Of a stretch of DNA of 64,000 bases, positions 14,270-25,445 are shown piece after piece. The DNA lies in the NCBI GenBank assembly GCA_016748015.1, contig JAAOMT010000620.1, positions 160,940 to 224,939 on the forward strand, given 5' to 3'. The stretch is from Geosiphon pyriformis uo1. Lineage: Eukaryota; Fungi; Glomeromycota. A program made the translations under genes and the position numbers. The first letter of the stretch is position 1. Each line of letters begins with the position of its first letter. The notes under the pieces were generated by a model. The model had not been told where the DNA came from, did no database searches, and saw only the letters and a list, made by a program, of their open reading frames with translations.

Positions 14270-15680
14270 AATACATGGTCATATTTAGACCGGCTTTCAA
14301 TTCCAGCAAATTTTTCAGCAGCAGTCGCAAAACTATTTCACTACTTTTATTATTCCCTGGCCTTTTTAATTGGTCATTCCAAGATTAAAATTGCAACTTT
14401 TCATCAGAGACCGATATCCTCTACTGCCTTTATTAAATTATTGCTCCCAATTTTTATACATTTCACTATTGAGCAGCAGTAGCAACCTGATACCATTCCA
14501 CTGGCTCTTTAAAGATTGACTCCAATTCATACATTAAACCTTGTCTGAATTACGCCATTGTATAATCTTGTTTAGCAGCAGACCGATACTACTTTACCGT
14601 CTCTTCAAATGATTTTTCCTCTTGTTTATTTTATACATTTATTTTACCCCATTTTTGCAGCCTTCTGGGGAATTTTTTTGATTGCTTCAATCTCTTCTTT
14701 AACGTTGAATATAGTCGGACGATCTGTTATAAATTTTTATTCCAAAGTTAAAAGTTGAATTATTTTACCAGTTTGCTTACCATTGATATTTCCTGTCTAA
14801 CAATTTTTATAAAGCTGAACATAAGAAGTATTTAACCGATCTCCTATTGCAGTTTTGAAAATTGCTAAACAATTTTCTCTTAAACCTGGGCATGATCGTT
14901 CACACAGTTTTGAAACGGAGGACAACCACTTCCAATTTCACATTACAACAAGAACCTCAATGAATATGTACCGGAAACTGCTGTATGTCTATATGTCTTA
15001 ATGTTTTATCAGACCAGTGAGGATGGACTATTCCAAAGACTTTTTAATCCAAAATCGCTCTATCATCATTTATGAGTAATGAGGTGATAAAAATTAGTTA
15101 ATAAAAATTCAATCCTTCTACTCATCAAATATCTATCCTTTGGGATTATATCTAGGCCAGTTTTAAATTTTTCATCAGTTTCGGTACAGTTGAACGGTAG
15201 TCAGTCTGCTTAAAAAATCTCAAAGAGCGTTTCCGTTTGCTGCATATTGCAACACAAGGACCAAATCTCCATTCGTTTCTCTAATGGAACATAATTTCAA
15301 TATCATATTCTCATTGAAAAATTAAAAAGCAATTATTCATATAAATCTCTTAAAAACCTTTTTGGCCACTTCAAAAGGTTTTATGATTTTTATCAGTCAG
15401 CGTTCGTAAAGTTTTTCTCTTCAAAATATATTTGGGATTATTGAGACAAAAAAAGATATCTAATAAAATACCTTACGCTTGAAATTTCTTTTCTCTTGAG
15501 GTGTGTTCAATCTGAAAATTTGGTTTCAATTCCATTGCCTTTTATTTACCAAGCCTTTCTTGTTCAATAAAAGTATACTGAACAAAATTTATTGATGTTT
15601 TAAAAAGTTCCATCTTAAGATTCGAGCAAAATCTAATTTAGAAAACGATAACTTTTTAGATTATTCCCATTTTTGGGCTA
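14270..15680 (-). pseudogene. Decayed TKL protein kinase plus Sel1-repeat gene
   Basis: Minus-strand remnants in order: ETNGDLVLVLQYAANGN, DFG, EIGSGCPPFQN, YVQLYKNC*TG, DRPTIFNVKEEIEAI, then Sel1-like VK*YRSAAKQDYTMA*FRQGLMYEL and VEWYQVATAAQ. Many stops and indels; boundaries approximate. Confidence 0.72.
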
Positions 15681-16835
15681 TTATTTATTGCAGCTACCCC
15701 AATTTTTGATACACGTCAAGCCAAGGTGGAATAAAAATCTCACGACGACTGATATCTAATGCAGAAATAAGGTTCAAATCATATTTTTATTCTTTTATTA
15801 TATAATATTATTAGACTTTAGAAAGTAGATTTTTTAATAAATTTTATTGAGTATTGCAACACTTTCAAAAATTTATTTAACTTTATTAACCACACTGATC
15901 CAACAAAGTTTTTTAATGAAATTTGATTTTTTAAAATGCTTAATTGATAAAAATCATATTACAATATTTTTATTTTAAATAAAATTTCTGCTATAAATTT
16001 ATTGATAATTTTTGATTAGAAAAATAGTTGTACATTTTATGCTTTCAAAAGTTATTAATTGGTGTGTTTTTTCAAAAAAAAACTTTTGCATATATTTTCA
16101 TTTAAAAATATGTCATTAACTGTTTTCCAATTTATGAGAGACTTTCAGAAAGAAGATCCAATAGCTATGAAAAATTTTGGATTTTTTTACAATACTTACA
16201 TATATTACAAAATAATCTATCGAAAACATTTGTTAAGATAAATAAAAGGTTTTCACTAAACTTTTATCATAATGGTTTACAAAATAAAAATTATTAAAAC
16301 TCTTGAAATAAATTAGAAATGAGATTCTATTATGGAATTCTAAAGCATAAATTTTAAAAGTAATTAACCTTTGAACTTCAAGAAAAGATCTTTTTAATTG
16401 GTGTAGAGACAGTCTAAAAAGATATTAATTTTCAAGATTCAAATTTACGTTTTTTGGTTTCTTCACGAGTGAATTTAAAACGATACATGAATTATTGAGT
16501 TTTTTTCAAATTGAAATAATTAATAAACTTTCATTTAGTGGTCAATAAATGAATATTTGCATAATCTATTATGAAATTAAAAATTAAAAACTCTTCTTTA
16601 ATTATCAGGGATTAATCATAAAAATTTGACTGAATATTTTTCATTGGTTTTAGCTAATTAAAAAACCTTTTTATTTTTAAATCAAAATATTAGAATAAAC
16701 CCAGATATTATCATCGTCTAATATATATGACCTATTCCAGGGTCGATTTACGCTATTTTTGTTTCATAACCAAAAACAATCATTTCGAATAACAATAAAA
16801 GGTTAATCCATTAATACAATTTTCTGTGAGAAAGA

Positions 16836-18275
16836 ATGAGATTTTTATTTTTCGTGAATTTGTTCTTGCTATTTCTTGGTAGCTTTTTTATTGTTGCAAA
16901 GAATCTTGAAATTTCAAATTCGAACGAGAAATATTTTGCAACAAAATATGACCAAGTCAATTCTACAAACGATAATATTTGGTCCGATTTTAACTACTTC
17001 TTCACCCATATAGGACCACCTCGCCACGTATTAAAAGAAGCGATTACTTCAAAAAAGAGCCTAGCTCTGGGTCTTCGACCCTTTGCAGCTATAGCAAATT
17101 ATGGTTACTGCATGCCACAAAAAAATATTTTTGGAGAACTGGCTAGAAAAGATGGTGTAGTGGGTAAATTATGAGAAAAAAGATCTTTTGATATTGTTTC
17201 TATTGATTTACACTTCTAATTATAAATTATGTTTTTAAAGCACATGGAGGAATTTTTATGCCTAATTCACACTCATCCTCAAATATTTATATCTATTTTA
17301 AAGGAAAGGTATTATTTAACGTTTAAAAATCACCTTGGGAAATTTTATAAAATTTTATTTGATTATTATTTCTACTTTAACCCGTTCTTAAAAACACATT
17401 TTTAGACATTGACAAAATCACAATGGATTTCAAGACAATCAATACTCGTTCCATTTAGACATCCAGATTTAGAAACAGAGTCCGAACCTTTTAATTTGGT
17501 AGATCAAGAATGGCTGGAAGATATTCTGCGCATGTGGCATCTTATAGTTAAAGAAATCGATAATGTTCTTGAAATGAAAAAGTTTGAAGTCAGCAAGATT
17601 TATTTCATAGGGCATGCTATTGGTGGTGGTTTGTATTTTCATTGAAAAATTCTATAGTCTTGATCGTTAAGAGATAACATCCGAGCTAATGAAATACTTT
17701 TAATTTCATAGCTTACGCAACATTAGCAGGTCAATTGTTTTCAATTCGAAACGATCTTGACATAATACACAAACGGGTGCCCTTTCAGGTGATTACGTTT
17801 GGTGCCCCAAAAGTCGGAAACGAGTTTTTCGCAAAATCTACCAACCTTAATAAAAACAGGCTTATTAGAGTCACTCATGGAAATGATCATGTCCCTCATT
17901 TCCCTATTGGTACTCAAGGAATAATGTTTCATTCAAATCCTGAGCTATGGATTAAGCCAATTTCAAAGGATTGTAACTGCGGGGATAATAATAATAATAA
18001 TAATAATAATATAAGGGAGGAGTATTATATTTGTAGGGCAACGGCAATTAATCGTAAGAGTCTAGTAAGTGTTACTCTTTTAATGTAATCATATTTGAAA
18101 CATGAAATTCTTAATTTTTTTTTGGCCTTTGCTTAATTGATAGATATGCAATGCCAGCCAAACTTTCAGCAATGTTTCAGACAATTTTGTGCACCAAGGT
18201 CCTTACTTTGGGATTTTGATGAATAATTGTGAGGGATTTGGGGATTTTTATTTTCAAGGGTTCGAACATGGTTAA
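16836..18275 (+). CDS. Secreted class-3 lipase-like protein, copy B (Ser replaced by Ala); 5 exons, ~367 aa
   Basis: Exons 16836-17163, 17241-17308, 17406-17628, 17712-18064 and 18144-18275 give an open frame with a signal peptide. Motifs GHAIGG (GCT at 17616-17618), TFGAPKVGN, NDHVPHFP, FVHQGPYFG. Confidence 0.9.
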
Positions 18276-19253
18276 ATAGTAAAATTTTAGCTTTTGCTTG
18301 ATTCCAAAATATAAAAAATTAAAATTTTATCGTATTATAATTTTAGAATACTTTCAATAAATAGCAATACATTTAAAAATGAATTTAAAAAGGTGAATCT
18401 AATAAAGAATTTAAAAAAATGAGTAAGAATATAATTCGTAAGAGATATATTTCTTAAAATATTTTTTTGTTTTAAATCAATTAGATTAAGTTTCAATTTT
18501 TTAACCCTGATCGTTTATTTAGATTTTAAAATTGAATGTTTTAATCGAGAAAAAAACTAAAATGTCAGGGCAATTTTTTCTCATCGTTTAAATAATCATT
18601 TAAAATCTTTAAAATTTTCTTTGAGCCAAATTTATTTGATAAAATTATTTGAAACACTCCTTTTTTATTGGTTTTCATTAAGATTAAAAAATTTAAATAA
18701 GATTCACTAGAATTACCTCAAATTTTTGAGTCAAACATTATAATTTTAGAGTTTATTGATTTTTTTATTATGTTAAATCTATCTTTTATCAAGGCTTATC
18801 ATTTTAGTAAATGATTGATAGAAAAAAAGTAATTTCATTTCTATTTAAAATATTGAACTATGAAACCCTTTTTTGTTAGTTAAAGGTTTTTTTTCTAACT
18901 TTGCCTTTTGATTAGCAAGCATATATCATATTTTTCTAATAATTATATTTAATCTTAAAAATATTAAAAAAAATTATTTAATATAAAATACAATTTTTTT
19001 TTAATACATAATTCCATGTAATTTTGGGATTTTTCTAGAATATAAAAAAGGGTTAATGAAATGATGGGCAATCAAGATTATCATGAAATCACATTTTTCT
19101 CGCAAAAAATTGAAAAACAAAAAGCTATCCCTGCCTCTTTTCTGTGTGTTTGTAGCTGATATTTATCAAATTATAGAAACTTAGTTTCATTTCAAAACCA
19201 AAATCATTTATTCAATTTTTAAACAAAAATGTTTCTCATAACTTAAATTTAAA

Positions 19254-20675
19254 ATGTGGTTTTTTAAAAAATTTCTTTTGATGACTTTTTTAAATTTTTT
19301 AATTGTTGCAAAGAATTTAGAAAATTTAAAAAGAGAAAATATTCAACTCAAGTCAAATTTGAATCATAATTTTTTGGGATTAACTATAACTAACAATAAT
19401 TTCTCACATGTAAATCAAATATTTTCCGAATTATTTCCACCTTTTAAATTATCGAAACGAAGGATCTCATCGCAAAGCTTAATGGTTTTAAGTTTTCCTT
19501 TCTACGCATTCATAGCAAACCATGGTTATTGTACGCCAGAGAAGAACATATTCGGAAAAGAGATTGAAAAAGAAGATGTAATAGGTACATTGTAACGAAA
19601 TCATCATTTTTTAATCAAGTTTTATTATTCTATTTATATAAATTTTTAATTTAAAGCACATGGAGGAATTTTTTTTGCCGAACCGAATCTTCCATTTTTA
19701 CGGTCAACAATTTTTATATATTTTAAGGGAAAGGTAAACTCATAAATTCCTTATTTTGAAATATTTTTCTAATCTAAATCCTCTGACACTGCTAAAAACT
19801 TGAATTTAAACAAATTTTAGACATTAACAAAATCAGAATGGTTATCAAGAGAACCAATACTCGTTCCATTCAGATATCCAGGATTACAACCCGAACATTC
19901 TGCGTTGGTAGATCAAGAATGGTTACAAGATATTTTGAAAATATGGCCAGTCATTATTGAAAAGATTTCCATGTTCATCGATAAATTTGGGCAATTACCA
20001 ATTGACGATATTTATTTAATTGGGCATGCTATTGGTGGTGGTGTGTATATCAATTCCATTTTTTCATATAGTTTTTATCTGCAAAAAATATTTGAAATAA
20101 TTGTAAAAAATTCACTTTTCTTTATAGCATACGCAATATTAGCAAGTCAATTATGGGAAATTTATATTAAAAAATTAAGTAACATCCATCCTAAATATGA
20201 GCAGATTTCACTTCGTGTAATAACATTTGGTGCTCCAAGGGTGGGAAACAAACATTTTGCCCGACTTACCAACCGTAATATAAACGAGAATTATCGAATA
20301 ACCTATGGAAATGATCATGTTCCACATTTTCCTATTAATATTCCAGGAATAATGGAACATTCCAAAAATGAGATATGGATCAAGCCAATTGAGAATAACT
20401 GTGATTGTGATAATTGGGGAAATAACAAAACTGAGCTTGTTGATGAAGCAGAATATTATCTATGTTATGGAAACAATCAGGTAAATTAAAATACATGAGC
20501 TTTTTTCAGAAATAGTTTTAATATTCAAACTTTATTCCAATAGGACTGTAATAATGGTCAAAGTTTAGAAAATATTGCAGATAATTTTATCAATCGAGGA
20601 CCTTATTTTGGTCATTTGATGGGTGAATGCCAGGGATTCCAAGCATTTAATTTTCAAGGATTTGATAAAAAATAA
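19254..20675 (+). CDS. Secreted class-3 lipase-like protein, copy C (divergent; Ser to Ala, and His to Asn at the putative catalytic His); 5 exons, ~370 aa
   Basis: Exons 19254-19584, 19657-19733, 19821-20040, 20128-20480 and 20544-20675, with the same intron positions as A/B/D. Motifs GHAIGG (GCT 20028-20030), TFGAPRVGN, NDHVPHFP, and FINRGPYFG in place of FVHQGPYFG. Confidence 0.88.
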
Positions 20676-21503
20676 TAATTTGAATATAATTTAAATTGCG
20701 ATCCAAATTGGTCTCGATTAAATATTAAGACTAAAATTTATTGGAAATTTTTTTTTTGAATTGAATTTCTTTTCCCTTTAAACACTAAAAAGGAGCAAAT
20801 TATTTCTAGCTTCCAATGTGTATACTTTTTGGTAATCAAAAGAAATCTTTGATTAGTAAACTTGAAATTCAGAGAAAATTTATTGACTCAAGTTGAGCAT
20901 TAGAGATCTCCATGACTTGAATGAAAAATGTTTAGGTTTTAGCATTGATAAAATTTTCCATTTTAAAAAAGTTTGCATGTTATAAATTATGTTTTTTGGT
21001 TTACCCATTCCACGAACGGCGGGATGATGATAATATCAAACTGACAAATAAAAAATGCAATTGCCTTTCTCTGAATTTCACTTTGCAAGCACATGATTTT
21101 TTACCCCAATTATCCCACTGCTTTATCAAGTCTTTTACCCTTCTTTTTACATTTTGGAGGTTAATTGTGTGAACTTATCTTTTCGCAATCTCAAATTGTT
21201 CATGTAGATGCAAAGACGAACAATGTGTTCAATATTATGTTCTCTACACCTTTAAAGGGAGAATATCATATGTGATGCCTTCCAAATTTCTTTTCATTCA
21301 ATCTAACCAAAAGACTTAAAGAAAAAGAAAAGAAAGGGAATTTACAAATTCAAATTAAATCAGAATACAAATGCCAAGATTAAATGAAAAAATATAAACA
21401 GAGCCATCCACTTGAATTTCACAGAGCTGTTTTTGCGTTTTCTATACCGAGACAAACTTCCATTCATTAATTTTGCAATTGTAAGTGAGCTTGTCATCCG
21501 ACA

Positions 21504-21782
21504 TTATTTTGTAAGGAACAAGCCAACTATTATTATTCCTCTTTTTTTCCCAAATGCACAAGCACATTTATCATTACCCAGAATTAGTGTAGGCTTATAA
21601 CAATGTGTAGTAAGCAGAATATTTTCTATCTTCTGACGTTTGCAACTAACTGCTGTTGCTTTTCTCTTGCATTTCTTACCCATTTTGACGTTTTCTTCGA
21701 TGGTAGGCAGCTCTTCTCTTTTGGATTCTGTGAATGAAGACAGTATTAATAGCAAGAATATTGTGAAAATTTCATATTTCAT
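21504..21782 (-). CDS. Candidate small secreted basic Cys-containing protein (~92 aa), possibly truncated
   Basis: ATG at 21782; signal-peptide-like MKYEIFTIFLLLILSSFTES followed by KR; 5 Cys, Lys/Arg-rich. No homologue recognised. Confidence 0.4.
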   Translation of the reverse strand: MKYEIFTIFLLLILSSFTESKREELPTIEENVKMGKKCKRKATAVSCKRQKIENILLTTHCYKPTLILGNDKCACAFGKKRGIIIVGLFLTK

Positions 21783-22851
21783 TGTTGAAGAAACCACAAA
21801 TTTTTTGGAATTGAGGGTACACAGGGTGGTACCACAATAGAATCATTTATCTGTACATATTTTTGTGAATAAGTAAAATAAATACTATATTCATTATTAT
21901 GTAAATCATTTAACAGTTTTAATAGTTACAAGTCAACAAGAGCGATATGCATTACTAAACAAATTAATTAGTATTTTTATTAATTCATCGATAAAACTTT
22001 AAATAAAAATGAATTAGCATATGTTCTATTCTAATTATTTATGAAAGTTATCCAAAAAAAATTTCAGTATAAAATTATAAGAATCATTAAAAATAAGAGA
22101 ATCATTAAAAATAAGAGAATAGATAAATTTGGCTTGAAATTTATAATTTTTTTTAAAAAAAATTTTGTCTGTTTTTATTCTTTTAATTAATTAATTTAAT
22201 TTAGAAATCATTCATTTTATCAAATTAATTTTTCCATGTTAAAAAATAGAAATATTAAAAATAAACTAAAAATTAATTTGATGAATTAAATTATTTTATA
22301 AATATGTATTTGTTTTAAATAACTAATTTTCAATTATTATTTCCTATTTTTAAAATTTCAAATAAAAAAACCTTTATACTTTATTTTTTATGTAGGATTT
22401 TTCTAATCACAGATAATCTAAGCCGCGATCGGTAATCATTTTATTGATACTTGTGGCTGAAGTGTTAACTTAATGCTAAGCAAACCAGTGCCAAAGAACT
22501 AAGCCTTCTCGTTTTCAACAGATTGTTTTCAAGTGGGAGATTTTCAATGACATCAAAAATCATACAAGCCACCTAAATAAAATTATGTGAGGAAGAGGGA
22601 AAGCTTTCATTTATACTCTCTTTATTAATTATTTAAGCTTTGTTCCTTGAAAGTTGATGATTTCTGCCTTATCGAATAATTTGAAGTTTGAATTATATTT
22701 AAATAAATTAAAAGAGGGATTCAAATATTAAAAGGAAAATTTTATGATTGGTATCAGACGGCAGTCAAAAACTGGGACTTGACAACTTTTATTTTTTGTG
22801 TGAAGTAATATAATTTGATTTCTTTAATAAATTTTAATAATTTACAAAAAT

Positions 22852-23820
22852 ATGATACAAAAATTTCAAAATTCAAGTTATTCACGTTCAAAGTTTTATA
22901 TATCTAAAAATATTTTATTCAAATCCATTATTCATTGTTTCCCATCACTCTTCATAATATTACTATATCTTCTCATTTGCACTATCTTTTACCCACAACC
23001 TTTAACCGCACAAAGAGCATCATGTAATGATAGAAATGATTGTAAAAAAGGGCAAGAATGTCGATATTTTTCAAACACATCCCTCAACTCAAATTCAGAT
23101 AGCATCTTGATAACAGGATATCAACAATGTGTATGGCCATGTAAGGCTTCCATCACATGTCCAGGAAATAGTGATTGCATTTCTGGAATTTGTCAAGAGG
23201 GTGACGATAAACAACAAAATCTCGATCCAAATTTCAAAAACAGCATCTCTAATTCTACTGATATATCATCATCATCATCATCATCATCATCCGAATATGT
23301 GGAACCAGCGACAGTCAAAGATCATTCGTTTCAAACTATTTTTTTCATTTTCATAAGTCTTGTCGTGGCTTCTGGTCTAGGATTTTTTATATATTGGTTC
23401 CGTCGTCGTCAAATGCGTATTCATCGATTTCATACCCTTGTCAACACTGCGCGAACTTCAATTATTGAGACAGGTGGAACCACTGGATCTGAACGTACTG
23501 CAATGGAAGAACAACGAAATGAAGGTATGCCTTTTTTGAATCTTCCTGCTGGTATGTCTCATGACATTATCGATCGAACTTCGTTAGATGAGGTGGTACG
23601 ACAAACGACCAACACTTCTCATGAAACCATCCGTGTTGGAGTGGTTAGCACCGGGGTTGCTATTCGTGGTGATTTAGATGAGTCAGGAGCGATGGAGACT
23701 AACGTTTATGTAGATAACACCATGCCAGAGCATCCTAATCAAAGTACTGATTCTATTGATATGGCACGGGAGGCAGTTTTGTCAGTTGAACATGAACCCT
23801 ATAAAGATCTTGACAATTAA
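22852..23820 (+). CDS. Single-pass membrane protein with Cys-rich ectodomain (sensor/receptor-like), 322 aa
   Basis: Intronless ORF with an N-terminal hydrophobic segment, 8 clustered Cys (CNDRNDCKKGQEC...C and CKASITCPGNSDCISGIC), a Ser-rich stalk, a TM segment (IFFIFISLVVASGLGFFIYWF) followed by RRR, and a low-complexity cytoplasmic tail. Confidence 0.8.
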   Translation: MIQKFQNSSYSRSKFYISKNILFKSIIHCFPSLFIILLYLLICTIFYPQPLTAQRASCNDRNDCKKGQECRYFSNTSLNSNSDSILITGYQQCVWPCKASITCPGNSDCISGICQEGDDKQQNLDPNFKNSISNSTDISSSSSSSSSEYVEPATVKDHSFQTIFFIFISLVVASGLGFFIYWFRRRQMRIHRFHTLVNTARTSIIETGGTTGSERTAMEEQRNEGMPFLNLPAGMSHDIIDRTSLDEVVRQTTNTSHETIRVGVVSTGVAIRGDLDESGAMETNVYVDNTMPEHPNQSTDSIDMAREAVLSVEHEPYKDLDN

Positions 23821-25445
23821 AGGTAAGGATTATTAGAGATTCTGAAATCTAACAATATGGAAACAAGTTTTAATATTCAAAATTCCTTTTTAACTTTAAT
23901 TATTTAGTGTTCAAATTATCTGTCAAAAATTCTGAAATAATTTTTTATTATTATATTATCAAGTATTAATATTGATGATTAAAAACAAGACTCACAAGTT
24001 GTTATTTCCCAAAACAAACTCTTCAATTTTAAAAATTCTAAATTTTATTATCATAAATTGTAAAAACTTCAGTGATTAATAAAATACAAATTTTGTAAAT
24101 AACACATTTGTTTATTTCATATTAAAAGTTGATAATTTTAAATTTTGATTTTTTCTATAGCTTTTTAATATATTTCAATAAATTCTTTAAAAAAAGTGCT
24201 TACCACCAATTTATTTAATAGACAGCTCGAATAAATAATGGAACTTGATTTAATTAAATAAATAAATAAATAAATTTGAGTATAAAGAGTATATTTCTAA
24301 GATTTCTTTTGAATTTTAAAATGATTTTATAAGCAATTCCACAACAATGGACAATCTCGTAAATTTTTAGCTTTTCCTTCAAGTTCAATTATTTATATAT
24401 TGATTTCGAAGCATAATACAAACGTCTTTTTTTGTATTTTTCAAAAACCATTGCATAATTTCCGGTACTTAACACACCTTTGATACAAAAAATGCAATAA
24501 AGCTATTTTAAATATGAAACAAAATAACGAGTTAATTTCAATTGCTTAATGTTAGATATTAAAGATTGAAGGTCTAAATTTAAGCTAGTCAAAAAGTTGG
24601 ATAATCTGAAATAGACCATCAATCATAAATAAAAATACTCTGGAACCCATTTCTTAAATAGATTTAAGTTGCATATCTTTGATGAAATTATTAAAGTTGG
24701 ATAATTCAGTTTTGTGCAAATTGAATAAACAAAAATCAGGTTTGGAATTTAAATTCCTTTTCACTTTTAAAGTTAGCAAAACTTTTCTAAACTTTCACCA
24801 AAATTTTGTAAAATAAATAGTTTTGTAAAAAGTTTAATTATTTTATTAATTTTAAATTTCCAATCATTTTTAATGGTTTTGCTTGATCAATTTCAACCAA
24901 TATAGATTAAAATTTTATAAATGGTCAGAAAATTGTAAATAAAATACCTTTTTCGTTTTATATACAACAATTTTTTTGGCAAATAATAATATATATAATT
25001 TTATTTTCAAAATGTATTATTTAACAACATATTAAATTGCATTAATTTTATATCATATTACACATATTTAAATGATAATTTTTTATATTTTATATATTTT
25101 TTCTTATATATTTTCTTTTATATTGTGTGATAAACAAAACTATTACTTTGTGTCCTCAATCAAAAAATTTTGGTTGTCCAAGATAATTTTTACCATTTTG
25201 TAATTTTTTTCTCAAAAATAATCTCTTTTTCGAAATGTTTATAGAGAAAATTCCCAGTTACACAAAATTTAATGGATATTTTTTCTTTTTGACAAATCTT
25301 TATAAAACGAAAACTACAATCTTCTATTGGTTCATGCAGTTATCGCCAGGGGTGCTAAATCAGAAAGTTCTAGCAAAAATTAATTAGATATAACAGGCTA
25401 TAAACACATTTTAACAAAGATCTGGTAGATTGGTTTGTAAAAACT

